Below, piece after piece: positions 27,924 to 40,266 of a stretch of DNA of 64,000 nt. Origin of the DNA: Octopus vulgaris (Eukaryota); assembly GCA_951406725.2 (NCBI GenBank), contig OX597826.1, positions 66,340,001 through 66,404,000 on the forward strand, written 5' to 3'. Each line of letters begins with the position of its first letter. Positions within the stretch are counted from its first letter, which is position 1. The notes beneath the pieces are model-generated. The model did not search any database. It saw only the letters and a program-made list of their open reading frames with translations, and was not told where the DNA came from. The translations under genes were made by a program, and so were the position numbers.

Positions 27924-28600
27924 CAGGATGCGACAGAAAGGTTGCCCCGATTTCAAAGGTTAAAAACAAACACATGAAGATACAAGAAAAAATAAACTCT
28001 TCAACAACAAACGCACGATGCTCTCCACTCCAGGCTATGGTGGGTACTACCTGAAACAGAAAAAAAATGGCATTTAATGAACTTCATAGAAATACAAATT
28101 TTGTTTCATACGTGCCCGTGGCACGTAAAAAAGAACCATCCGTTCGTGGCCGTTTGCCAGACTCGTCTGGCACCACCATCCGTTCGTGGCCGTTGCCAGC
28201 GCCGCCCCGACTGGCCTCGTGCCGGTGGCACGTAAAAAGCACCATCCGTTCGTGGCCGTTGCCAACCTCGCCTGGCCCCGTGCCGGTGGCACGTAAAAGG
28301 CACCATCCGTCCGTGGCCGTTTGCCAGCTCCGTCTGGCACCTGTGCGGGAGGCACGTAAAAAGCACCCACTACACTCACGGAGTGGTTGGCGTTAGGAAG
28401 GGCATCCAGCCGTAGAAACACTGCCAGATCAGACTGGGCCTGGTGCAGCCTTCTGGCTTCACAGACCCCAGTTGAACCGTCCAACCCATGCTAGCATGGA
28501 AAGCGGACGCTAAATGATGATGATGATGATGATGACATCCTCATGTGTTTGTTTTTTTTATTAACCTTTGAAATCAGGGCAACCTTTCTGCCTCACCCTG
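27924..28600. mobile_element. MITE with ~50-bp TIRs and TA TSD
   Basis: CAGGATGCGACAGAAAGGTTGCCCCGATTTCAAAGGTTAA is inverted at 28560-28600. Confidence 0.85.
28111..28534 (+). mobile_element. 5'-truncated retroposon with internal ~60-bp GC-rich tandem repeat and (TGA)n tail
   Basis: GGCACGTAAAA occurs four times; GGTTGGCGTTAGGAAGGGCATCCAGCC; ends GGACGCTAAA(TGA)n; nested in the MITE. Confidence 0.8.
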
Positions 28601-28879
28601 TAGCAATTTTGATCAAATTAGTGACACGGCGGCGAACGTTGTTGAATTGAAGAAGAATACCTTGTCACTGATAGGGCCGTTTGGACCCTATCTTTCGAGT
28701 AAAGATCACGGGCGACAATATCACGAGAGCGTGCTATCTGTTGGGTCAGTTCCCTTGGACTGGCGCAGGTTCTCGTGTATGGGCCTCATTCAATCCTCAT
28801 TGAATTGGACGCGGAGAGTTTGTGAGGTTTAATTGCCCCTCCTTGGATCTTGAAAACCATTTCTGCCCTATTCTTTCAG

Positions 28880-29395
28880 TAATAATCCTTTCTACTATTG
28901 GAACAAGGCCTGAAATTCAAGGGAGGCGAATAATCAGTTACATCGACTTATTTCTTTACAGTCAACAAGGAGTTACACATAGAGGGGACAAACAAGGACA
29001 GACAAACGGATTAAGTCTATTATATCGATCCCAGTACGTAACTGGTACTTAATTTATCGACCCCAAAAGGATGAAAGGCAAAGTCGACCTCGGCGGAATT
29101 TGAACTCAGAACGTAACGGCAGACGAAATACCGCTAGGCATTTCGCCCAGTGTGCTAACGTTTCTTATTTCTTTATTGCCCACAAGGGACTACGCACTGA
29201 GGGAACAAAACAAAGACAGACAAACGGATTAAGTCAATTATATAGTCCCCAGTACGTAACTGGTACTTAATTTATCGACCCCAAAAGGATGAAAGGCAAA
29301 GTCGACCTCGGCGGAATTTGAACTCAGAACGTAGCGGCAGACGAAATACCGCTAGGCATTTCGCCCAGTGTGCTAACGTTTCTGCCAGCTCGCTG
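28880..29395 (-). mobile_element. SINE family B with internal duplication
   Basis: A ~220-bp block is present twice. Confidence 0.85.
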
Positions 29396-29737
29396 AAAGG
29401 ATGAAAGGCAAAGTAGACCCTAGCCATTTAACCCATGCATGACAGTACCCCCTACTCTCTCTCTCTCTCTGTCAGTAAATCACTCACGTAGTCACAAAAA
29501 AAAGATGCGAGAAAAAGTAAATAAATAAAATTTACTCTATCACTCTCTCTCCCTCCCCTCTCTCTCTGTCTCTCTCTCTCGTTCTCTGACAACACACACC
29601 TCTCTCTCATACACTCACTCAAAAAGGATGTGAGGGAAAATAAATATTTATTTAAAATTTTAAAGTTTTCTTGTTCTGGACTTTACCAGATCTAATAATT
29701 TTAAGAATATTATTTCTCTTGCTCGCATTTTTCCATG

Positions 29738-29796
<59 letters not shown>

Positions 29797-29803
<7 letters not shown>

Positions 29804-29915
29804 ATCACGTGACTGACCAGACCATCAGATGTTGTTACACATCGCTGGTCACAAATGCGTTCGCATTGTTTTAGCCTTCGAATGACGCCACCCCGCTGGC
29901 TAAGCGAGCAGACCA
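29797..29915. repeat. ~120-bp hairpin-rich repeat within (TA)n (family G)
   Basis: Homologous to 58046-58158. Confidence 0.8.
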
Positions 29916-30199
29916 GTATTATATATATATACATATATATGTTGCACAAATGCGGGACATGATTGTCTGGTAAAAACATCACGCATTGCAACCACGTGGT
30001 TTCGGGTTCAATCCCACAGCGCGATACTTTTAGCAAGTGTTTTCTATTACAGCTCCAGGTAGACTAATGCTTTGTGAGTGGACAGAAACATTGCCGAAGC
30101 CCGTTGTATGTATGTATGTATGTATGTATGTATGTATGTATGTATGTATGTATGTATGTATGTATGTATGTATATATATATATATACATATATATATAC

Positions 30200-30231
<32 letters not shown>

Positions 30232-30232
<1 letters not shown>

Positions 30233-30410
30233 GGGAGAATTCACGAAAAAGACAAAAGACGAAGACAAGTGATGTAGAAAACAAACAGATGCATTAGTAT
30301 AACGCTCGAGAATTGAACAAGTCTTTTACGTTTCGAGCCTACGCTCTTCCACAGAAAGGAACACAGAAAGAAATCAGGAGAGAAAAAAATGTGTGTAGTG
30401 GCTACCGTTG
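30232..30410 (-). mobile_element. Family F LTR-like repeat with variant HHR at 30323-30358
   Basis: cttt-CTGTGGA-a-gagc(gtag)gctc-GAAA-cg-TA-aaag; homologous to 45640, 55681 and 56418. Confidence 0.75.
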
Positions 30411-30444
<34 letters not shown>

Positions 30445-30456
30445 TGTATATATATG

Positions 30457-30515
<59 letters not shown>

Positions 30516-30521
<6 letters not shown>

Positions 30522-31058
30522 AAGAAGGGTAGTAATAATTAGTTACTACCAGGTGCCCAGCACAAAAGACGAATTAGTCATAAGACAAAATATTAATCAT
30601 AAAGAAAAATATTATTCATGTAGTAATACAATTAAGGGCTCCTAAATTAGGATGCCGAGTACTGGGAACACAAAAGGGAGATGAATTTATCGAGAGTGAA
30701 AATCAAAAACGTTTACCGATAACTTTACACCTCGGACTGATCAGTTTCTGCCTCTTTCTAGCAAAACACAGAATATGTTTGCTAAGGCTGGCTTCATCAA
30801 CGAGTCGCCTAAATTGAATCAAGGTCTGCAGCGATGTAAGACCATGTGTTGATCTCGACTACTAGCAGATCTTAACTTTTCAAATCTCTGCGCAGACGCA
30901 AAACTTACACGGCAGTATAGGGCATGCCGGGAAGAATTTTACGAATAAATCCATCAAGTAATATGCGAATATAAACAAGAAGGGTAGTAATAATTAGTTA
31001 CTACCAGGTGCCCAGCACAAAAGACGAATTAGTCATAAGACAAAATATTAATCATAAA
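30516..31058 (-). mobile_element. Retrozyme-like element: 455-bp unit with 88-bp perfect direct repeats and an internal HHR
   Basis: 30516-30603 is identical to 30971-31058; (TA)n flanks. Confidence 0.75.
30731..30804 (-). ncRNA. Type I hammerhead ribozyme, C3U variant
   Basis: ctcg-TTGATGA-a-gcc...tagcaaa..tttgcta...ggc-a-GAAA-ctgatcag-TC-cgag; GUC triplet, palindromic stem III. Confidence 0.7.
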
Positions 31059-31063
31059 TATTA

Positions 31064-31117
<54 letters not shown>

Positions 31118-31217
31118 CGAGAAGAAAATGGAGGACAAATAAGAAACAGTAGTCTGTCTTTTGCGCTAGTAAGCCATTATTTAATTGGTAGATAAAGGTG
31201 ATATTGTGAGTGAAGTT

Positions 31218-31302
31218 GCTTACGATCGTTTCTGTTTACCATGGTGAGGAAAAAAATATATTATATTTTTGCCTCGTAGCTAATGGTAGACATCATCAGA
31301 AC
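31218..31302 (-). ncRNA. Type I hammerhead ribozyme, canonical core, long stem II
   Basis: gtt-CTGATGA-tgtctaccat...atggtaaaca-GAAA-cgatcg-TA-agc. Confidence 0.8.
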
Positions 31303-31534
31303 GAAGAAGTCAGAGGTAGAGAGAAGAAGAGCGAAAGATCAATGGTTACATTGGAAAAGAGAAGATCAAAGATTCGAACTGTGAGCCCCAATATAATGTT
31401 TGTTATTGCCCTTCATTATCTTGTCGCCTATATAAATTAAACTACGGTTACCCGCTAAATTACTTGCTGGTGTATATATTTTAACAAGGAATATACCCAC
31501 TGAGATAATTTCCAGAAGTGGCTCTAACTTATAC

Positions 31535-31585
<51 letters not shown>

Positions 31586-31586
31586 C

Positions 31587-31649
<63 letters not shown>

Positions 31650-31695
31650 CATGTATGTATATATATATATGTATATATGTATATATATATGTATA

Positions 31696-31740
<45 letters not shown>

Positions 31741-32879
31741 CTATCTATCCATCCATCTATCTATATCTCTATCTATCTCTCTATTTATTTATCTATCTAT
31801 CTATCTGTCTATCAATCTATCTATCTCTCTATCTATTCATGCGTGCGTGTGTGTTTATGTGTGCGTGTGTGTGTGTATGTGTGCGTGTGTGTCTTTACGT
31901 GTATGCATGCATATATTGTTGGAGAGATTTTATCCAGGTGGAGCGTACGTGAGGCATAGACAAGATATTTCTGACCTTCAAGACTCTTTTTCTGTCTTTC
32001 CCCTTCTCTGTTACGTTGTAAAAATACATATTTGTAAATTATTCCATCTCCAGGACTGCATATCTTTAGAAATCACACACACACACACACACACACACAC
32101 TTACACACATTTATACATACACACATGCACATTATGTATTAATGTGTATATATGTATAGATTTGCATCCCAGTGCCAATCGGTGGTGGTTGTCACAGGGT
32201 GCGCTATAGAAGTCAACCCGCCATTCTGGTATAAATATTCACATATAAACTTTAGGCTATTTTTAAACATAATTAGAAATCAAGTTAACTTAATCCTTGT
32301 TTCTTAGATTTTCGTATTATTAGAACTGAAATTATATTAAATTAAACCAATTAGTCCTAGATTAAGCAATTAGTATTCTATATATAAATATAATATTTGT
32401 GTATGTATATGTGTATATATATATGTGTATAGCTGTCTATCTAGCAATATACTGGCATAAATTTTTCTCTCCTCACTCTCTCTCTCTTCTCCCTTCTCTC
32501 CCTCTCTTCCTCCTTCTCTCTCTCTCTCTCTATGATTTTCAATGAGATGTAGTTTTAGAGGTGGGAAACTATGCTTTTTCATGGTGAAGGAGAGAGAGAG
32601 AGAGATGGGAAGAGAGAGGGAGAGGGAGAGAAGAGAGGGGAGAGAGAGGCAAAGAGAGGGAAAGCTAAGGAGAGAAGAGAGAAAGAGAGGGAGGAAGACA
32701 GAAACGGACACAGGGTGAGAGAAAGAGTGTCGGAGAGAAAGGGCGAATCAGAAAGAGTGAATGAGAGAGAGAGAGAGGGAGAGAGAGAAACAGTGAGAGA
32801 GAAGGAGAGAGAGAGAACGAGGAAAGAGTTTGATGGAATGCATAATATTTAATATCAGCGAAAGAAATGATGAATAAAA

Positions 32880-33190
32880 CGGCTTCATTTTGTAGATTTG
32901 AAGTATCACCTGTCTGTCCCTCATTAGGACGTCCTCCCACTCAGATAAATATCTCTTCCATCTTGATAAACGGCTCCCTTACAGGTTCCATCGGTGACCC
33001 ATCTTGATAAATGTTTCCCCGACACTACACGTACAAGATAACATGTGCTATCACAACCTTTGATCGTCTGAGAAGTCGAGTTCAAGGTTACGATCTGAAT
33101 TGAACAACCAAGCTTATAGGTTTTATAAGGCAATTATTGTATCCTACCTTCTCTATACGGCTTTGAAACAGTGACGTAGCAAGATGCGGG
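32880..33190 (+). mobile_element. Decayed RTE-like LINE fragment
   Basis: FYKAIIVSYLLYGFETVT resembles the RTE motif YKAVVLPTLLYGCETWT. Confidence 0.6.
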
Positions 33191-33763
33191 AAATATATCA
33201 TAACAGACTTCTGAATAAAATCAGGTATACAATTCTATATTTCTGAAATGAGGATTTTTATATATTATAGTGTATATATTATAGTATTAGACAGAGTGGT
33301 GTAAATTTCTGATGAAGTCACTAAGGTGTATCTCAGAAAAAGTCACTAAGGTATATCACAAGACACCTGAAGAAGGCTGGAGCAGACAATAGCCAAAGCG
33401 TAGTCAAAACAACAACTAAGACACCAGCCCTATTAATACCATATGAAAATATAAAAAAAAATATGAAAATCAGGTGTAAATAGCGGGGAAGGCAGCAGAG
33501 GAATAGCGGTGTGTTCGGCCAAGCAAATATTTCATCTGTCCGAAGCATGATTACGCAAAAACATTTTCGATGGGTTGGGCATACTGTGTGAATGCGGGAT
33601 ATGACTGTGTGATAAAAGGAACTAACATTGCAACCACGTGGTGCCAGGTCCAGTCCCACAGCGTGGCACTTAGGGCAAGTGTCTTCTAGTACAGCATTCA
33701 CGAGCCTACTAACGGCTTGTGAGTGAATTTGATGTACGGGAACTTTGCTGAAGCCCTTCCCAT

Positions 33764-33813
<50 letters not shown>

Positions 33814-33826
33814 AATATAATTAACT

Positions 33827-36800
33827 GCATAGAATTAACTGCCGTATTTGTTTAGTATATATAGAGTTTATAGAGCGGTTAAAAATTTTCGGTATGCAAA
33901 TTAGGGACTCCAGCATAGAATTAAATGCTGTAATTGTTGGGTATATATAGAGTTTATATGGTGCTTAAAAATTTTCGGTATGCAAAATTAGGGACTCCGG
34001 TATAGAATTAACTGCTGTATTTGTTGAGTATATATAGAGTTTTTAGAGCGGTTAAAAATTTTCGGTATGCAAAATTAGGGACTCCAGCATAGAATTGACT
34101 GTTATATTTGTTGAGTATATATAGAGTTTATAGAGAGGTTAAAAATTTACGGTATGCAAATTAGGGACTCCAGCATAGAATTGACTGTTATATTTGTTGA
34201 GTATATATAGAATTGATGGAGCGGTTAAAAATTTTCGGTATGCAAATTAGGGACTCCAGCATAGAATTAACTGCTATATTTGTTGAGTATATATAGAGTT
34301 TATAGAGAGGTTAAAAATTTACGGTATGCAAATTAGGGACTCCAGCATAGAATTAACTGCTATATTTGTTGAGTATATATAGAGTTTATAGAGCGGTTAA
34401 AAATTTTGGGTATGCAAATTAGGGACTCCAGCATAGAATTGACTGCTATATTTGTTGAGTATATATAGAGTTTATAGAGCGTTAAAAATTTTGGGTATGC
34501 AAATTAGGGACTCCAGCATAGAATTAACTGCTATATTTGTTGAGTATATATAGAGTTTATAGAGCGTTTAAAAAATTTTCTGTATGCAAATTAGGGACTC
34601 CAGCATAGAATTGACTGCTATATTTGTTGAGTATATATAGAGTTTATAGAGCGGTTGAAATTTTCGGTATGCAAATTAGGGACTCCAGCATAGAATTGAC
34701 TGCTATATTTGTAGAATATATATAGAGTTTATAGAGCGGTTGAAATTTTCGGTATGCAAATTAGGGACTGCAGGATAGAATTGACTGCTATATTTGTTGA
34801 GTATATATAGAGTTTATAGAGCGGTTAAAAATTTTCGGTGTGCAAATTAGGGACTCCAGCATAGAATTGACTGCTATATTTGTTGAGTATATATAGAGTT
34901 TATAGAGCGGTTAAACATTTTGGGTATGCAAATTAGGGACTCCAGCATAGAATTGACTGCTATATTTGTTGAGTATATATAGAGTTTATAGAGCGGTTAA
35001 AAATTTTGGGTATGCAAATTAGGGACTCTAGCATAGAATTAACTGCTATATTTGTTGAGTATATATAGAGTTTATAGAGCGGTTGAAATTTTCGGTATGC
35101 AAATTAGGGACTCCAGCATAGAATTGACTGCTATATTTGTAGAATATATATAGAGTTTATAGAGCGGTTGAAATTTTCGGTATGCAAATTAGGGACTCCA
35201 GCATAGAATTGACTGCTATATTTGTTGAGTATATATAGAGTTTATAGAGCGGTTAAAAATTTTGGGTATGCAAATTAGGGACTCCAGCGTTAAAAATTTT
35301 CGGTATGCAAATTAGGGACTCCAGCATAGAATTGACTGCTATATTTGTTGAGTATATATAGAGTTTATAGAGCGGTTAAAAATTTACGGTATGCAAATTA
35401 GGGACTCCAGCGTTAAAAATTTTCGGTATGCAAATTAGGGACTCCAGCATAGAATTGACTGCTATATTTGTTGAGTATATATAGAGTTTATAGAGCGGTT
35501 AAAAATTTTCGGTATGCAAATTAGGGACTCCAGCATAGAATTAACTGCTATATTTGTTGAGTATATATAGAGTTTATAGAGCGGTTAAAAATTTACGGTA
35601 TGCAAATTAGGGACTCCAGCATAGAATTGACTGCTATATTTGTTGAGTATATATAGAGTTTATAGAGCGGTTAAAAATTTTGGGTATGCAAATTAGGGAC
35701 TCCAGCGTTAAAAATTTTCGGTATGCAAATTAGGGACTCCAGCATAGAATTGACTGCTATATTTGTTGAGTATATATAGAGTTTATAGAGCGTTTAAAAA
35801 TTTTCGGTATGCAAATTAGGGACTCCAGCGTTAAAAATTTTCGGTATGCAAATTAGGGACCCAGCATAGAATTGACTGCTATATTTGTTGAGTATATATA
35901 GAGTTTATAGAGTGGTTAAAAATTTTGGGTATGCAAATTAGGGACTCCAGCATAGAATTGACTGCTATATTTGTTGAGTATATATAGAGTTTATAGAGCG
36001 GTTAAAAATTTTCGGTATGCAAATTAGGGACTCTAGCATAGAATTAACTGCTATATTTGTTGAGTATATATAGAGTTTATAGAGCGGTTAAAAATTTTGG
36101 GTATGCAAATTAGGGACTCCAGCATAGAATTAAGTGCTATATTTGTTGAGTATATATAGAGTTTATAGAGCGGTTAAAAAGCCCAGATTTTCGGTATGCA
36201 AATTAGGGACTGTAGCATAGAATTGACTGCTATATTTTTGAGTATATATAGAGTTTATAGAGCGTTTAAAAATTTTCGATATGCAAACTAGAGACTCCAG
36301 CATAGAATTAACTGCTATATTTGTTGAGTATATATAGAGTTTATAGAGCGGTTAAAATTTTCCGGTATGCAAATTAGGGACTCCAGCATAGAATTAACTG
36401 CTGTATTTGTTGAGCATATACAAAGTTTACAGAGCGGTTAAAAATTTTCGGTCTGCAAATTAGGGACTCCAGCATAAAAATTGACTGCTATATTTGTTGA
36501 GTATATATAGAGTATATATAGAGTTTATAGAGCGGTTAAAAATTTTCGGTATGCAAATTAGGGACTCCAGCGTTAAAAATTTTCGGTATGCAAATTAGGG
36601 ACTCCAGCATAGAATTGACTGCTATATTTGTTGAGTATATATAGAGTTTATAGAGTGGTTAAAAATTTTGGGTATGCAAATTAGGGACTCCAGCATAGAA
36701 TTGACTGCTATATTTGTTGAGTATATATAGGGTTTATACAGCGGTTAAAAATTTTGGGTATGCAAATTAGGGACTCCAGCATAGAATTAAGTGCTATATT

Positions 36801-37789
36801 TGTTGAGTATATATAGAGTTTATAGAGCGGTTAAAAATTTTCGGTATGCAAATTAGGGACTGTAGCATAGAATTGACTGATCTCTTTGTTGAGTTTATAG
36901 AGCGTTTAAAAATTTTCGATATGCAAACTAGAGACTCCAGCATAGAATTAACTGCTATATTTGTTGAGTATATATAGAGTTTATAGAGCTTTTAAAGATT
37001 TTCCGTGTGCAAATTAGGGACTCCAGCATAGAATTAACTGCTGTATTTGTTGAGCATATACAAAGTTTACAGAGCGGTTAAAAATTTTCGGTCTGCAAAT
37101 TAGGGACTCCAGCATAGAATTGACTGCTATATTTGTTGAGTATATATAGAGTTTATAGAGCGGTTAAAAATTTTCGGTATGCAAATTAGGGACTCCAGCG
37201 TTAAAAATTTTCGGTATGCAAATTAGGGACTCCAGCATAGAATTGACTGCTATATTTGTTGAGTATATATAGAGTTTATAGAGTGGTTAAAAATTTTGGG
37301 TATGCAAATTAGGGACTCCAGCATAGAATTGACTGCTATATTTGTTGAGTATATATAGGGTTTATACAGCGGTTAAAAATTTTGGGTATGCAAATTAGGG
37401 ACTCCAGCATAGAATTAAGTGCTATATTTGTTGAGTATATATAGAGTTTATAGAGCGGTTAAAAATTTTCGGTATGCAAATTAGGGACTGTAGCATAGAA
37501 TTGACTGATCTCTTTGTTGAGTTTATAGAGCGTTTAAAAATTTTCGATATGCAAACTAGAGACTCCAGCATAGAATTAACTGCTATATTTGTTGAGTATA
37601 TATAGAGTTTATAGAGCTTTTAAAGATTTTCCGTGTGCAAATTAGGGACTCCAGCATAGAATTAACTGCTGTATTTGTTGAGCATATACAAAGTTTACAG
37701 AGCGGTTAAAAATTTTCGGTCTGCAAACTAGGGACTCCAGCATAGAATTAACTGCTGTATTTGTTGAGTATATACAGAGTTTATAGAGC
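33827..37789 (+). repeat. 86-bp tandem satellite (~44 full monomers plus six 37-bp deletion monomers)
   Basis: Unit AGCATAGAATTGACTGCTATATTTGTTGAGTATATATAGAGTTTATAGAGCGGTTAAAAATTTTCGGTATGCAAATTAGGGACTCC; period 86 (34081 to 34167). Confidence 0.97.
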
Positions 37790-38978
37790 AGTAGGACTGC
37801 TTTGGCAGTAATTACAGCTTGAATTCTACTCGCTAAAGTTTGAATTTTTTCCAAAGGAATTTTTTTCTATTCATCAGCTAAACACTCTCTAGTTCTTGAT
37901 GGTGGAGGATATCCATTCCTTACTTGTTTTTTTTTCTAAAATGCACCATAAATGTTCAATAATATTGAGATCTGGGGACTGTGGTGACTAGATAAGATGT
38001 TCAACTTCACTAGAATGTTCCTCGTGCTACTCAGTAATAACTTTTGCCGTGTGAATTGGTGCATTGTCATCCTGAAATATTGCGTTTCACTCTGGAAACA
38101 GTTCCGCAACCACAGGATGAATTTAACCAGATGAAATGCTTAAATAGTCTTCACTATTAATTCTGCCATGTAGGAAAACCATTGGGCCGGGGATTTCTAA
38201 GATATAACCCCACCCCAGATCATCACAGATCCTCCTCCATGTTTTACAGTTGGAAGAAGGCAGTCTAGGTCAAATGCTTCTTTTGGCTGTCTCAACACGT
38301 ATACTCGGCAGGTAGTCGGAAATAAGGTAAAGGACGACTCGTCTGAGAAAATAATATTCTTCCACTCCCCTGGGGACCAATTCTGTAGGTGTTTACTCTC
38401 CCCTAAACGCTTTGCAACGTTTGTTCTTGAAAGTAGTGGTTTTCTGATTGCAGCCCTCCCGTGAAATCCGGTTTTGTGCAGCTCCCTGTGAATAGTTTTT
38501 GTGGAAACTGGGTTCTCGAGGTGGTCATTAAGCTCTGCAGTAAATTTGTACTTTTGTGATCCTTTCTAACAATTCGCATAAGAGTCCGACGGTCTCTATC
38601 TGAAAGTTATGGTTTTCTTCCAGAATTTTGCTTCGATGAGGACGTTTTTCCCTCTTTCTCAAAGGTTGTCATTACTTTCGAAACAGTACTTATTGACACA
38701 CTAAACATTTCGGCTGTTTTTATTATGCTAGCGCCTGCCATGCGAGCACCAACAATTTGTACTATTTGAAAGTCCGATAGATCTGTTATTTTAATGAATT
38801 TTAATTATCTTTTTCTGATGATATCCAAAAAGAAGCAGCAATTTTAGCAAACATATTAAGCAACACTAATAATAGATAAAAAACATAAAAATAAACAAGC
38901 ATTTGACAGTTTTATAGATATTTCAAAATTATAATGCTATTGTTGCTAGTTGTTTCCATTATTTTGTCCAACCCCTGT
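37790..38978 (-). mobile_element. Decayed Tc1-like transposon (DD34E type) lacking its 3' TIR
   Basis: IIFSDESSF, FQDDNAPIH, SPDLNIIEHLW; N-terminal IVGARMAGAS; 5' TIR TA-CAGGGGTTGGACAAAATAATGGAAAC. Confidence 0.92.
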
Positions 38979-39093
38979 ATATATATGTATATATTAAAAT
39001 ACTGAGGGTAGAAATTGATATCAATCAATTAACATCAATTTAAACCAGTGGTCTAGCATATTAAAAAAAATCCGAAGATTTAAAAATTATATT

Positions 39094-39190
39094 ACAATTA
39101 ATAAGAGGAATGACCACTAAAGTGGAATCCTATACGTCTATTTCTAGCGTATAGGATCCCGCTTTAATGGTCATTCCTCTTATTAATTGT
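39094..39190. repeat. 43-bp-arm fold-back at the end of a TA-embedded repeat
   Basis: 39094-39136 pairs with 39148-39190; adjacent 38998-39093 has an inverted homolog at ~46027-46130. Confidence 0.85.
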
Positions 39191-39203
39191 TATATATATA
39201 TAT

Positions 39204-39628
39204 CTCTTTCTCTTTTCTCTTTTCTCTTTTACTTGTTTCAGTCATTTGACTGCGGCCATGCTGGAGCACCGCCTTTAGTCGAGCAAATCGACCTCGGGAC
39301 TTATTCTTTGTAAGCCCAGTACTTATTCTATCGGTCTCTTTGGCCGAACCGCTAAGTGACGGGGACGTAAACACACCAGAATCGGTTGTCAAGCAATGTT
39401 AGGGGGACAAACACAGACAGACAAACATATACACACACACACTTATATATATATATACATATATACGACAGGCTTCTTTCAGTTTCCGTCTACCAAATCC
39501 ACTCACAAGGCATTGGTCGGCCCGGGACTATAGCAGAAGACACTTGCCCAAGATGCCACGCAGTGGGACTGAACCCGGAACCATATGGTTGGTTAGCAAG
39601 CTACTTACCACACAGCCACTCCTGCGCC
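39204..39628 (-). mobile_element. SINE family A
   Basis: Full-length copy. Confidence 0.92.
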
Positions 39629-39646
39629 TATATATATATATATATA

Positions 39647-39960
39647 TATATATAAATACATTAAAAGGCTTCCAAATAAAGAAGCGAGTGCTAGATACAC
39701 AAAAAGGCGATAAATTTATGAAATGGAATGAAAATCAAAAACGTTTACCAACTCAGCTTAGTTGGTAAACGTTTTTGATTTTCATTCCATTTCATGAATT
39801 TATCCCCTTTTTGTGTATCTAGCACTCGCTTCTTTATTTGATTTGGAGGCCTTTTAATGTATTTATATATAAATAACGTATAGTCTAATGACTAATTAGT
39901 CTTTTGTGCTAGGTCACTGGTAATAATAATTTATTTTTATTACCCTATTTACTATGTTTA
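39647..39960. mobile_element. Fold-back element (~107-bp arms, 6-nt loop) related to the 30516 family
   Basis: 39647-39753 is inverted at 39760-39871; shares GAAAATCAAAAACGTTTACC and AGCACAAAAGAC.AATTAGTCAT with 30516-30720. Confidence 0.8.
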
Positions 39961-40056
39961 TATATATATATATATATATACATGTGATCTCTTAAGCACC
40001 ACCAGCTCAAATATTTTCTCCTCTGTCTTCCCTCCTTGGGACCTTTCCTTCTCCTT

Positions 40057-40091
40057 GTTTCCGACGAAGAGCTCCGCTCGAAACGTTAAAC
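40057..40091 (+). ncRNA. Minimal HHR-like motif, U4C variant (family F-related)
   Basis: gttt-CCGACGA-a-gagc(tcc)gctc-GAAA-cg-TT-aaac. Confidence 0.65.
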
Positions 40092-40206
40092 CCTCCTTCC
40101 CTTCTTTCCTGAGCGTCAATAATACTTTAATTGTTCCACGTCCTGCGTTGCTGTGTTTTTTTCTCTTTTTTCTCTCTTTTTTCTGTGTTTTCTTGTTTGG
40201 ATTAAC

Positions 40207-40260
<54 letters not shown>

Positions 40261-40266
<6 letters not shown>

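Larger units (their letters stand above)
27595..28870 (-). mobile_element. Old mariner remnant interrupted by a MITE
   Basis: QELGWKVP...SLSNILRDISFNNGEEV resembles the mariner C-terminal block; heavily decayed. Confidence 0.55.

Noticed and set aside
33827-37789. CRISPR-like or telomeric array
   Set aside because: No unique spacers and no cas genes; TTAGGG occurs once per monomer, not in tandem; no HHR core on either strand
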